From contig CASRZP010000001.1 in NCBI GenBank assembly GCA_949440065.1, positions 1 through 41,303 of the forward strand: a stretch of 41,303 nucleotides of DNA, read 5' to 3'. Below are positions 8,600-18,275 of the stretch, piece after piece. The notes under the pieces were generated by a model that ran no database searches, was not told the origin of the DNA, and was given only the letters and a program-made list of their open reading frames with translations. A program made the position numbers and the translations under genes. Origin of the DNA: an uncultured Bacilli bacterium. GTDB lineage: Bacteria; Bacillota_I; Bacilli_A; RF39; UBA660. Every line of letters begins with the position of its first letter. The first letter of the stretch is position 1.

Positions 8600-8860
8600 A
8601 ACTTTCTCCTTTATCTTTACATTTACCAGTGTAACATACTAAAAAACCAGAAAATAAAAATCGGGATAAAAGGTGTAATTTATAAAAGATTTTGTAAAAA
8701 GTGTAAAAAAATCAAAATACAAATTACCGTTTAACCTACTTTTTTGACCATTGATATATATTTTTAAAATGCCGTCCATATTTTTGATAAGCTATTTTTA
8801 CCCCGATGATAGTACTAGTAGTGGTTAAGATGAAAAAAAGAGTAAGGAGGTAAGCAAAGT

Positions 8861-9079
8861 ATGACCGGAAAAGTTAAGTGGTTTAATAACGAAAAGGGAT
8901 ATGGCTTTATTGAGTATAAAGAAAATGAAGATATCTTTGTTCATTATTCTGCTATCAATCAAAATGGTTATAAGACGTTATCTGAAGGACAGTATGTTGA
9001 GTTTGTACTACTTGAAACAGCGAAGGGTTATCAAGCAAACAATGTAACTATCATAAAAGATCCTGTTGAGGTAAAATAA
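8861..9079 (+). CDS. csp: Cold-shock protein (CspA family)
   Basis: [14 protein letters not shown] (RNP1) and DIFVHYSAI (RNP2) are present. A long AT-rich 5' leader is typical of csp genes. Confidence 0.95.
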   Translation: MTGKVKWFNNEKGYGFIEYKENEDIFVHYSAINQNGYKTLSEGQYVEFVLLETAKGYQANNVTIIKDPVEVK

Positions 9080-9186
9080 CAAATCTAAAAAAATAAAATT
9101 TTTGAGGTAAATTAAGTAGTAGGGCTACAAATACAAGTAGCTTTTTTATTTGTCCTATGTTATAATAAATTTGGGAGGTTGATGTT

Positions 9187-9717
9187 ATGCAACTAATTAT
9201 TCGAGGAGACAAAATCGAAGTTACAAAAGCAATGAACGATTATGTCAGTGAAAAGATCCAAAAATTAGAAAAGTATTTGGAAGATGCCAACGAAGTAAGA
9301 GCCAATATTTTAATTAAAATAAATGGCTTAAAGCAAAAAGTAGAAATAACGATTCCCTTAAAGTCTGTTATCTTAAGAGCAGAGGCACAAGAAAATGATT
9401 TTTATACTGCAGTAGATTTAATTATTGATAAATTAGAGCGACAAATTAGAAAGAACAAAACAAAGTTAGCAAATCGAGCAATGAAGTTCAATAAGAAGGA
9501 GTTTATTATTGATTCTATCGAGATGCTTGAAGAAGAAAATGATGATATGATTCGTAGAAAAATCATTGAAATGAAACCGATGAATGAAGAGGAAGCTATT
9601 TTACAAATGGAGTTATTGAATCATCAATTTTATTTATATAAGGATGCTACTACCAATAAGCCAATGGTGGTATATAAACGGAATGATGGCGGATATGGTA
9701 TTATAGAAACTGAATAA
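9187..9717 (+). CDS. hpf: Ribosome hibernation-promoting factor, long form (HPF/YvyD)
   Basis: The N-terminal S30AE domain is present (MQLIIRGDKIEVTKAMNDYVSEKIQKLEKYL). The C-terminal dimerisation domain is also present (KPMNEEEAILQMELLNHQFYLYKD...VVYKRNDGGYGIIE). Confidence 0.9.
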   Translation: MQLIIRGDKIEVTKAMNDYVSEKIQKLEKYLEDANEVRANILIKINGLKQKVEITIPLKSVILRAEAQENDFYTAVDLIIDKLERQIRKNKTKLANRAMKFNKKEFIIDSIEMLEEENDDMIRRKIIEMKPMNEEEAILQMELLNHQFYLYKDATTNKPMVVYKRNDGGYGIIETE

Positions 9718-9838
9718 AAAGAGGTTGAGGTAAATGGATATCAAAAAATTAATTGATAGGATACCCTTTACTAAGAAAAACCTAGTTAACCAAAAATTAA
9801 CTAAGGGGATAGCTTATAAAGTAAAACCCTTGTTACAT

Positions 9839-9846
9839 AAGAATGA
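9839..9846. repeat. Left copy of the 8-bp target-site duplication AAGAATGA
   Basis: It is identical to 11255-11262 and lies immediately outside the left terminal inverted repeat of the IS. Confidence 0.8.
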
Positions 9847-11254
9847 GGTTCTTTGTCAAATAGTGTTGGTAAACAATAAATTTGATAAATGAATTGATTA
9901 TGTAGAGTGATTTTTAATCACTCTTTTATAATGCCTTTTATTAAGAATATACGAGCAACGAAATGTTCATATTTTCTATAGCCAAAAGCAATTCTTTTAA
10001 TGCATTTAATTAAATTATTCGTTCCTTCAATAACTCCATTATTAATATCATATTTGAATGAATTTTCTATATATTTTATATTTTCTTTGTATAATTTTAA
10101 AACTTGAATCATTTTTGGAGATAAATATTTATTTTGATTAAATGTTATTGATTTGAATTTGTTAAAGTCTTTTTCTTTTAATGAATTGATTAATCCTTGA
10201 TAGCACTCATAGGTAGCCTTTAAAGTGAAGTTAGTATTTATTAGGTATTGTACAATTTGCTTTTGAGATATTTCTTTTCCTCAGATAAGTCATTTTCCTT
10301 TTTGACAATTAAATTCCAGTAATCTTTTAATTTATTGTAATTAGGATTTGACTTATTGCATAGCTTAACTCTAGTTGAATTTAAAGCAACATAAGCTTGA
10401 AGCACGATATGAAATCTGTCTATTGATATATCTGCATTTTTAAATAATTTCTTAACAAGATAAATATAGCCAGAATAAAAGACGCTAGATATATGCTTCA
10501 CTTGATCTCTTTCCTGTTTAGAATATCGTTTAAAATATTTTTCCAAATCTCTAGACTTTCTAGAATCGTTAATATCAAATATATTGCCATTTTCATTATC
10601 AGTAATAATAAAAGCCATCTTACCTTTAGTATCCTTGGTAGCCTTAAATTCATCCCAGTTCATGGATTTAGGTAAATGAGGATGTCTTAAAACGGTGCGA
10701 GAAGATATTTCGGTAAGCTTTCTGTCTATTTTGGAAACAGAAACGTCCAATCTTTTTGAAATGTCTTTTTCACTTTGCTTTTCCATAAGTTCAAGATTAA
10801 TTTGAAGTTCTAAATTATTAGATTAGTCTCAGCAATAAAAGTGTTATTACAATTCTTACAAAAGAATCTTTGCTTATGAAGAATTAATAAAGAATAGCAA
10901 TTGGAAATTTTAGGAATTTTAATTTTACAATTTTTTCTAAAACCTCATTTAATAATGTCATTAGAAGATTGATTAACACATCCACAGCAAGGACAATAAT
11001 CAGGTATGTAAGTTAAAAATCCTTCAATAATCTTATAATTTCTATTTTTAATCTTTTTATCAGTGATTTTATTAGAAATAAAAATATTTTTGTCTTTAAT
11101 ATTTAATAAATTTAATATATAATCATTAGTGTACATAGATTTGAATCCTTTCAATGTTTTATTAGTCAATTACATTGTATCAAATCTTATGTACTTTTTT
11201 ATTAAATAAAAATAGTATTAGTGAATACTCACCAGCACTATTTATAATACAACC
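9847..11254 (-). mobile_element. ISL3-family insertion sequence (1408 bp), transposase inactivated
   Basis: The left terminal repeat is GGTTCTTTGTCAAATAGTGTTGGTAA (9847-). The reverse complement of the right end is GGTTGTATTATAAATAGTGCTGGTGA (-11254). They match at 19 of 26 positions. The element is flanked by a perfect 8-bp direct repeat. Its size and the 8-bp duplication fit the ISL3 family. The internal ORF fragments are ISL3-like. Confidence 0.8.
9918..11136 (-). pseudogene. ISL3-family transposase, disrupted by one in-frame stop and at least two frameshifts
   Basis: Three fragments are recognisable. The N-terminal zinc-finger part contains YIPDYCPCCGC. The middle part contains WDEFKATKDTKGKMAFIITD...IDRFHIVLQ. 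The C-terminal part contains NGVIEGTNNLIKCIKRIAFGYRKYEHFVARIFL. There is an in-frame TGA at 10945-10947. Frame changes occur near 10810 and near 10245. Confidence 0.8.
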
Positions 11255-11262
11255 AAGAATGA
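11255..11262. repeat. Right copy of the 8-bp target-site duplication AAGAATGA
   Basis: It is identical to 9839-9846 and lies immediately outside the right terminal inverted repeat. Confidence 0.8.
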
Positions 11263-11286
11263 GAAGAGATTCCCATTCTTTTTATT
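11255..11286 (+). terminator. Rho-independent terminator, presumably the original hpf terminator, now displaced 1.4 kb by the IS
   Basis: AAGAATGAGA (11255-11264) pairs with TCCCATTCTT (11271-11280). The stem is 10 bp with one mismatch, and TTTATT follows. The duplicated target AAGAATGA is the left arm of this stem. Confidence 0.6.
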
Positions 11287-11358
11287 GCTTTAAAATAAAT
11301 AAAAAATGATGTAGATAATAGTTTTTAAAGACAATAATGATAATAAGGAGTGATAAAT

Positions 11359-12547
11359 GTGAATAAGAATAGATTAATTATTCCTGTCTTAATGGGAATT
11401 GCTATCTTAGGAATAGTACTCATGTATAAACCGTATGCTTTATTTTCTATCCATGAAATCAGTAAGTCAGCAATTACTATCAAAGTAGGAACCATGAATG
11501 GAACAATAAAAGTAGATGGAGTGGGAGAAACTACTTTAAGCGTTCCAGCAGGAAACAGTAAAACATTTACCGTAACATTAGAAAATTTAAATAATGAATC
11601 AGGAAAGTTTTTATTTTACTATATAGGAAGTCTTTCAACGGGAGTAAAATTTGGATACTTAGAAGATTTTAATGATATTCCTCCTGATAGTGAAGGAATA
11701 GTACTTACTAGCAATGAGAAAAAAACATATTCTTTATATGTAGAAAATAATACTAATATTGATGTATCCATTCATTTAGGTGTATTAGGTGGTTTATCTA
11801 ATCAAAAATTAGAATTACCAAGTGATGGGCATGATATAGAAAAGATAGAATTAATAAAAGATGGTAGAAATCCGAATATTATAAAAATTTTTACTTATGC
11901 TCAATCACCAACTAATCCTTATTTTTGCGTAACAGGTGAAGAAAGTACGTGTGAAGAAAAAAAGGAAGCTCCAAGTTCTTATTACAGTGGTACAATTATA
12001 AAATATAGGGTGAATGATAGTGAAGAAAAATATTTTCATGTATTATCAGAGACTTCTACGACTTTAACCCTTCAACAACGAGAATATAGCATGGTATACA
12101 GTAGATAATAATACGAAAGGACCTACTGTAATATTATCCGCGTTAGAAGAAGCCACAAAGGGATGGACGAATGTATTAGATCAAGTATATACTCTATCAT
12201 ATAGTACAGGTTGTGATTTTAGTTCTTGCACACAAACACAATATAATTTAGGTTCAAGGAGGTCTAAAGCAAGATTAATCACATTAGAAGAAGTAAAAAA
12301 GGTAGGATGTAAGATAACAGATCAATCTGGTCCTATATGGATGTATAATTATTTAAGACGTTCAACAAATTATGGAGGAACGATGAATTCTTTTAGCGAT
12401 AATGGATATTGGACTAGTTCAGCTAGTACAGATTCAACAAATGCTTGGTTTATCTATGATTACGGAAAAACGACAACGCATAATACATCCTATAAATATG
12501 GAGCTAGGGCAGTAATTACGATAAATAAGAAAGCAAATAACACTTAG
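11359..12547 (+). pseudogene. Secreted or membrane-anchored protein of unknown function, split by a frameshift near 12068-12105
   Basis: The 11350/11359-12108 ORF has an N-terminal TM/signal anchor. The reading frame that ends at 12547 is already open from 12068, overlapping the first ORF. The join reads ...TLTLQQRE / NIAWYTVDNNTKGPTV.... The C-terminus (GYWTSSASTDSTNAWFIYDYG...GARAVITI) resembles DUF1566/Lcl-C-terminal-like domains, recalled from memory. Confidence 0.6.
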
Positions 12548-12615
12548 AATATGAGAAAATACTTTTATTCTTTACGTTTTTTTGATAGAATAGTACTAGC
12601 GAGGAGATGGAATAG

Positions 12616-15108
12616 ATGAACATTATAAAAAAATGGTTTGATCATGAGTATAAAGAATTAAATCGTTTTCAAAAAATTGCTGATCAGATTGTAGCATTAG
12701 AAGACGATATGATAAAATTATCCGATGAAGAATTAAAAAATAAGACAATTGAATTTAAAGAACGTTTAAAAAAAGGAGAAACTTTAGATGACTTGCTAGT
12801 AGAAGCATATGCTGTATCAAGAGAAGCTTGTTTTCGTGTTATTGGTGAGAGACCTTTCTATGTGCAGTTATTAGGTGCTATTGCGATTCATTTTGGAAAT
12901 ATTGCCGAAATGAAAACTGGTGAAGGAAAGACCATTACTAGTGTTATGCCAGCTTATTTAAATGCCTTAACTGGTGATGGTGTTCATGTAATTACAGTAA
13001 ATGAGTACTTAGTAAATCGTGATGCTGAATGGATGGGTGGAATTCACCGCTTTCTAGGTCTAACCGTTGGAGCAAATAGTAGGGACTTAACACCAAAAGA
13101 AAAACAAGAACAATATAATTGTGATATTTTGTATACAACCAATAACGAAGTAGGATTTGACTATTTACGAGATAACATGGTGGTAAAAAAAGAAAATCGT
13201 GTCCAACGTGGACTAAATTTTGTTATTATCGATGAAGTGGATTCTGTATTAATCGATGAAGCACGTACACCTTTAATTATTTCCGGGGGTGAAATGAAAA
13301 GTGCTAATCTATATATTGATGCAGACCGTTTTGCCAAAATGTTAAAAGAAAATGAACAATATATCTATGATGAGAAAACTAAAAGTGTTAGCTTAACTGA
13401 TGAAGGTGCTGAACAAGCTGAGAAGTATTTTAAAATTGATAATTTATATGATATCAACCAAACGACTTTAGTACATTACATCAATATGGCTTTAAAAGCA
13501 AATTATACGATGAAGTTAGATGTAGATTACGTGGTTCAAGATGATGAAGTAATTATCGTTGATCAATTCACTGGCCGTTTGATGAAAGGTCGTGCATTTA
13601 GTGATGGACTTCATCAAGCAATAGAGGCTAAAGAAGGCGTTCATATTAATCAAGAAACGAAGACTCTAGCAACGATTACATTCCAAAATTTGTTTAGAAT
13701 GTATAAAAAAATTGCCGGAATGACAGGAACAGCAAAAACGGAAGAAGAAGAATTTAGAAATATTTACAATATGTATGTTATCGAAATTCCTACCAATAAA
13801 CCTATTGCTCGTATCGATGCACCAGATTTAGTGTATGCAACGAAAGATGCTAAATATAAGGCAATTATTCAAGAAATTGTGGAACGTTATCAGCAAGGGC
13901 AACCAGTACTTGTAGGTACAATTGCGATTGAAACGAGTGAATTGATCAGCAAAATGTTAGATAAAAAAGGAATTCCTCATGAGGTATTAAATGCGAAAAA
14001 CCATGCTCGTGAAGCAGAAATTATTGCTAAAGTTGGTTTACATAAATCAGTAACCATTGCAACAAATATGGCAGGACGTGGAACAGATATTAAGTTAAGT
14101 GATGAAATTAGAGAACTTGGTGGATTATGTGTCATTGGAACAGAACGTCATGAATCTCGTCGTATTGATAATCAGTTACGTGGTAGATCAGGTCGTCAAG
14201 GAGACCCTGGATATACGCAATTCTTTGTTTCGATGGAAGATGATTTGATGATTCGTTTCGGGTCAGATAGAATTAGGACCATGATGCAATCTTTAGGTTT
14301 TGGAGAAAATGCTATTCAAAGTAAAACATTTACGAAAGCGATTAGTACAGCACAAACTCGTGTTGAAGGAAATAACTTTGATATTCGTAAACAATTATTA
14401 CAATATGATGATGTAATGAATAATCAAAGGGAAATTATGTACAATAGACGTAATGAAATACTAGATCAAGAAAGTGTTCATCCGATGATTATGGATACTT
14501 TTCACAATCATATTGCTGATTTAGTAAATTCACATATTATGCCAGAAGGATATTTAACGGACAAAGATATAGAAGAAATTGTCGAAGCTGCAAATGGAAA
14601 TCTTTTAAAAAAGGATATTATTGTGGATGAGGCAAAAGGTAAGAAGGAAGAAGAGTTAATTGAATATCTTTATGATAAAGTTGTAGCAGAATATGATGAA
14701 AAATTAAAAGATATTCCAGATGAAGTGAAAAATGAATTTGAAAAAGCATTGAGTTTAAGTGTTGTGGATAACTATTGGATGGAACATATTAATACTTTAT
14801 CTCATTTACGAGAGGGAATTCATTTAAGAAGTTATGCTCAAGAAGATCCATTACGTGCATATACTACTGAAGGTTTTGAATTATTTGATCAAATGCTACA
14901 ACGAATTGATAAAGATGTGACTATTTTCTTATTAAAAGCAGAAGTTCATCATAATATTGAACGTCGTGAGAATACGAAAAAGCAAATTACGAATAGTAAA
15001 GATGAAAGTAATGGAAAAAAGAAGCCAAAACGTGTAGAAAAAATCGGTAGAAATGCTCCTTGTCCTTGTGGTTCGGGGAAAAAATATAAACAATGCTGTG
15101 GAAAGTAG
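12616..15108 (+). CDS. secA: Preprotein translocase ATPase SecA
   Basis: The 830-aa protein has Walker A (MKTGEGKT), a DEAD-like box (IIDEVDSVLIDEARTPLIISG), and TNMAGRGTDI. The C-terminal zinc-binding tail is CPCGSGKKYKQCCG. Confidence 0.97.
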   Translation: MNIIKKWFDHEYKELNRFQKIADQIVALEDDMIKLSDEELKNKTIEFKERLKKGETLDDLLVEAYAVSREACFRVIGERPFYVQLLGAIAIHFGNIAEMKTGEGKTITSVMPAYLNALTGDGVHVITVNEYLVNRDAEWMGGIHRFLGLTVGANSRDLTPKEKQEQYNCDILYTTNNEVGFDYLRDNMVVKKENRVQRGLNFVIIDEVDSVLIDEARTPLIISGGEMKSANLYIDADRFAKMLKENEQYIYDEKTKSVSLTDEGAEQAEKYFKIDNLYDINQTTLVHYINMALKANYTMKLDVDYVVQDDEVIIVDQFTGRLMKGRAFSDGLHQAIEAKEGVHINQETKTLATITFQNLFRMYKKIAGMTGTAKTEEEEFRNIYNMYVIEIPTNKPIARIDAPDLVYATKDAKYKAIIQEIVERYQQGQPVLVGTIAIETSELISKMLDKKGIPHEVLNAKNHAREAEIIAKVGLHKSVTIATNMAGRGTDIKLSDEIRELGGLCVIGTERHESRRIDNQLRGRSGRQGDPGYTQFFVSMEDDLMIRFGSDRIRTMMQSLGFGENAIQSKTFTKAISTAQTRVEGNNFDIRKQLLQYDDVMNNQREIMYNRRNEILDQESVHPMIMDTFHNHIADLVNSHIMPEGYLTDKDIEEIVEAANGNLLKKDIIVDEAKGKKEEELIEYLYDKVVAEYDEKLKDIPDEVKNEFEKALSLSVVDNYWMEHINTLSHLREGIHLRSYAQEDPLRAYTTEGFELFDQMLQRIDKDVTIFLLKAEVHHNIERRENTKKQITNSKDESNGKKKPKRVEKIGRNAPCPCGSGKKYKQCCGK

Positions 15109-15259
15109 CATAAAAAAGGGAAAACGAGAAATTATAAAAAGATAAATTGGTTCGATTTTTATAAACTTGTCCACAACAACTAAAAAAATGTACACAAAAT
15201 AAGGATGTAGACAATGTTTTATTTGTTGACATCCTTTTAATTTAAGAAGGAGGTTTTTA

Positions 15260-16257
15260 ATGGAAGAAAAAAATAACATAGTAATATATCAATTAGAAGA
15301 TGGTAAAACAAAAATAGATGTAAAACTTGAAGATGAAACTGTATGGTTATCCCAACAACAAATGGCAGAATTATTTTCTACATCCAGAACAAATATTGTT
15401 GAACATATAAATAATATTTATAAAGAAGAAGAATTGAATAAGAATTCAACATGTCAAAATTTCCGACAAGTTCGAATAGAAGGTAATAGAACAGTAAATA
15501 GAGAGATTCCATATTACAATTTAGATATGATTATATCTTTAGGATATAGAATAAAATCAAAAGTTGCTACTAATTTCAGAAGATGGGCAACTGAAAGATT
15601 AAAAGAATATATGGTCAAAGGTTTCACTATGGATGATGAAAGACTTAAAGGGAATGGTGGAGGAAATTATTGGAAAGAATTACTTGCTAGAATTAAAGAT
15701 ATAAGATCGTCTGAAAAAGTATTATATAGACAAGTTCTTGATTTGTATGCAACAGCTGTAGATTATGATCCTAAAGACAGTAAGTCAATTGAATTTTTTA
15801 AAATTGTTCAAAATAAACTTCATTATGCGGCACACGGAGAGACTGCTGCTGAAATTGTTTATGAAAGAGCGGATGCTAAAAAAGATAATATCTTACTACA
15901 TGGGAGAATTCGCCTGATGGTAAGATACTAAAATCGGATGTAATAATTGCTAAAAATTATTTAGATGAAAAAGAAATTAAGAACTTGAATAATTTAGTCA
16001 ACTTATTTTTAGATATTGCCGAAAATAATGCTGAAAGAAATATTGCGATGTATATGAATGATTGGAAGAACGAAGTGGAAAATGCGTTAAAAGTATTTCA
16101 TTATGATATTTTAGAGGGAAAAGGTAAAATATCACACAAACAGGCAAAGGAAAAAGCAGAAAGTGAGTATGAAAAGTACAAAGTTATTCAAGACAATAAT
16201 TATGTATCTGATTTTGATAGATTGTTAAGTGAAACAAAGCAAATAGAAAATAGGTAA
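15260..16257 (+). pseudogene. rhuM: RhuM-family (virulence/Fic-associated) protein, frameshifted
   Basis: ORFs 15260-15931 and 15985-16257 are two halves of one RhuM-like protein. The N-terminal half contains IVIYQLEDGKTKIDVKLEDETVWLSQQQMAELF...RRWATERLKEY. The second frame is open from 15889 and reads YLTTWENSPDGKILKSDVIIAKNYL. The frame change is therefore at about 15889-15892 and is not in a homopolymer. Confidence 0.75.
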
Positions 16258-16348
16258 ATTGCACATTTTATAAATTATCAGCCCTCAAATTATACAACAT
16301 AGCAAAAAATTTTAAAATAAATGATATAAAAGTAGAAGGAGAAATATT

Positions 16349-16705
16349 ATGGCAAGGGTATTAAAAAATAAAAAGCTAGTAAATACAAGATTAGCAACTA
16401 ATTATGGTGGATGGATGTATTGTGATAAATGTAATGAAAATATAGGATATTTATGTTATTCAACCTATGATAAATTAGAGCTAAAATATAAATGTAATTG
16501 TGGAAGTCAAGGAAATGTTGTATTGGATTTTGAAGATAGTAAGATAGGACAAAATTGTAATGATGAATTAGTTATGATAAAAAATAGATTTTGTTGTCCT
16601 AAAGATAATGAGCCATTGATTACAATATTAGATAAAAAAGTAGTGAGTTACCAAATGAAAATTACTTGTAAATCATGTTTAAAACTTTATAAAAAAGAAA
16701 AGTAA
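16349..16705 (+). CDS. Cys-rich hypothetical protein (multiple CxxC/CxC pairs, zinc-ribbon-like)
   Basis: The RBS is GAAGGAG. The protein is 118 aa with CDKC...CNC...CC...CKSC motifs. I recognise no family. Confidence 0.5.
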   Translation: MARVLKNKKLVNTRLATNYGGWMYCDKCNENIGYLCYSTYDKLELKYKCNCGSQGNVVLDFEDSKIGQNCNDELVMIKNRFCCPKDNEPLITILDKKVVSYQMKITCKSCLKLYKKEK

Positions 16706-16734
16706 TTGTTAAATTGTTTTAGGAGTGAATTTAT

Positions 16735-17451
16735 ATGGCAATGTGGAATCCTTGGAGAGGATGCAAAAAATGTAGTAATGGATGCTTGCATTGCTATATT
16801 CATAAAGGTGATGCAAAAAGAAATATTAATACGAATGGCATAATAAAAACAAAAGATTTTGAAAAACCAATAGAAAGATTGAATAATGGTAATTTTAAAA
16901 TGAAATCGGGTATTGTATATCTATGTTTTTCTACTGACTTTTTAATTGAAGATGCAGATAAATGGCGAAGTCATTGTTGGAACATGATAAGAGAAAGGCA
17001 AGATTGTACTTTCTTATTTTTAACCAAAAGAATTGATAGGTTTATGAAGTGCATTCCAGAGGATTGGAATGATGGATATGATAATGTAGTTGTATGTTGC
17101 ACGATTGAGGATCAAAAAAATGCTGATTATCGATTATCAATTTTTAAGGAACTACCAATAAAGCATAAATGTATCACCGCTCAACCACTATTAGAGAATA
17201 TAGATATCGAAAAATATCTTGATGAGATTGAACTTGTAGTAGTAGGTGGTGAGTCAGATGTAAATGCAAGACCATTAGAGTTTGATTGGGTTTTAAATAT
17301 TAGGGAGCAATGTATAAGAAAAAATGTTAACTTTGAATTTAGACAATGTGGGACTTATACAATAAAAGAGAAAAAAATATATAAATTGCAAACAAAAGAT
17401 TTATGTAAGCAAGCAAAATTAGCCAATATTGATTATAAAAGTAATCGCTAA
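16735..17451 (+). CDS. DUF5131 (phage Gp37/Gp68-like, three-Cys motif) protein
   Basis: The N-terminus WNPWRGCKKCSNGCLHCY matches the WNPxxGC...S.GCxxCY signature of the Gp37/Gp68 family. The length of about 240 aa is typical. Confidence 0.7.
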   Translation: MAMWNPWRGCKKCSNGCLHCYIHKGDAKRNINTNGIIKTKDFEKPIERLNNGNFKMKSGIVYLCFSTDFLIEDADKWRSHCWNMIRERQDCTFLFLTKRIDRFMKCIPEDWNDGYDNVVVCCTIEDQKNADYRLSIFKELPIKHKCITAQPLLENIDIEKYLDEIELVVVGGESDVNARPLEFDWVLNIREQCIRKNVNFEFRQCGTYTIKEKKIYKLQTKDLCKQAKLANIDYKSNR

Positions 17452-17538
17452 ATTCGTAATTTAATAAACTCAACTTTTAGTTCATGTTATATTGTTATCT
17501 TTTAATATATAGTAAAATTAAGAAAGGAGAAAAACTAT

Positions 17539-18138
17539 ATGGATCAAATGAAAATAGGTAAATTCATCAGTACTAAAAGGAAGGAAAAGAAGATAACACA
17601 AAGTGAGTTAGCAGAAAAGTTAAATATAACAAATAGAGCTATTTCTAAATGGGAAAATGGTTTTTGTTCACCCGATGCTAGTAATATGTTAGATTTATGT
17701 AAAATACTTGATATTAAGATAAATGATCTATTTAGTGGAGAAATTGTAGATATGAAAGATAACGAAAAAATATTGGAAGAAAATTTACTAGAAATGACAA
17801 GAATGAAAGAGCAAAGAGATAAAGAACTTTTATGGTTAGAATTGTTTATTGGAATAATTGTATCCATTTTTATGTTGACTTGTATTTTTCTTGCCACATT
17901 TATTGATATGCCAAATTGGTTAAAAGTTAGTATCATTATTATATCAATTGTCCAATTTGCTTTTGGTATAAGTTACGTTATTAGAATTGAACAAATTGCA
18001 GGGTATTATGAATGTGATAAATATCATTATCAATATATTCCATCATACAAAAGTGTATTATTCGCTTGTCATATTAATCGAACAAGAAAAATGAAATGTC
18101 CTCAGTGTCATAAAAAACTTGGCATAAAAAAATATTGA
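17539..18138 (+). CDS. Membrane-anchored XRE-family HTH regulator with a C-terminal CxxC element
   Basis: The N-terminal HTH_3 is ITQSELAEKLNITNRAISKWENG. Two TM helices lie around residues 97-150. The C-terminus contains CPQCHKK. Confidence 0.7.
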   Translation: MDQMKIGKFISTKRKEKKITQSELAEKLNITNRAISKWENGFCSPDASNMLDLCKILDIKINDLFSGEIVDMKDNEKILEENLLEMTRMKEQRDKELLWLELFIGIIVSIFMLTCIFLATFIDMPNWLKVSIIIISIVQFAFGISYVIRIEQIAGYYECDKYHYQYIPSYKSVLFACHINRTRKMKCPQCHKKLGIKKY

Positions 18139-18275
18139 CAAAATAACGAATTACAAATAAAAAGTAGTAAAAATTTTAATTTTAATGCAAAAGAGAAATT
18201 CTATATATTGAATATTTTCAAATCTTATTATATAATATGTAATGAACAGAGATGTTTAATTTATGAGGAGGAAAT

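Noticed and set aside
8262-8642. ORFs 8262-8459 (minus strand, alternative frame) and 8337-8642 (plus strand) overlapping the agrB-like gene.
   Set aside because: The AgrB frame carries the family signature and a strong RBS. The overlapping ORFs have no motifs and are composition artefacts.
8629-8709. Repeated GTGTAA/TGTAAAAA motifs upstream of agrB, at 8629, 8673, 8693 and 8701. I considered them as LytTR (AgrA-type) direct-repeat boxes.
   Set aside because: The spacings (44, 28 and 9 bp) do not match the 9-bp repeats separated by about 12 bp that LytTR regulators use. The motifs are A/T-rich and short. I cannot distinguish them from chance. A possible minus-strand promoter (TTTACA-N17-TATAAA) overlaps them but is equally unproven.
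9735-9893. A 52-codon ORF (MDIKKLIDRIPFTKKNLVNQKL...) starting after hpf with a GAGG-type RBS and running across the left IS boundary.
   Set aside because: Its C-terminus is encoded by IS sequence. In the reconstructed pre-insertion state it would read through the terminator hairpin. I recognise no motif. It is probably non-coding, although a short conserved ORF cannot be excluded.
10493-10675. Plus-strand 60-aa ORF inside the IS.
   Set aside because: It is antisense to the recognisable ISL3 transposase fragment and has no RBS or motif.
14932-15279. Minus-strand ORFs 14932-15279 and 14987-15232 overlapping the secA 3' end.
   Set aside because: They are antisense to the SecA C-terminal zinc-finger coding region and the downstream spacer. 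Their translations are low-complexity.
17544-17936. Minus-strand 130-aa ORF antisense to the XRE-family gene.
   Set aside because: The plus-strand frame carries a clear HTH_3 motif and RBS. The antisense ORF is I/S/F-rich with no start context.
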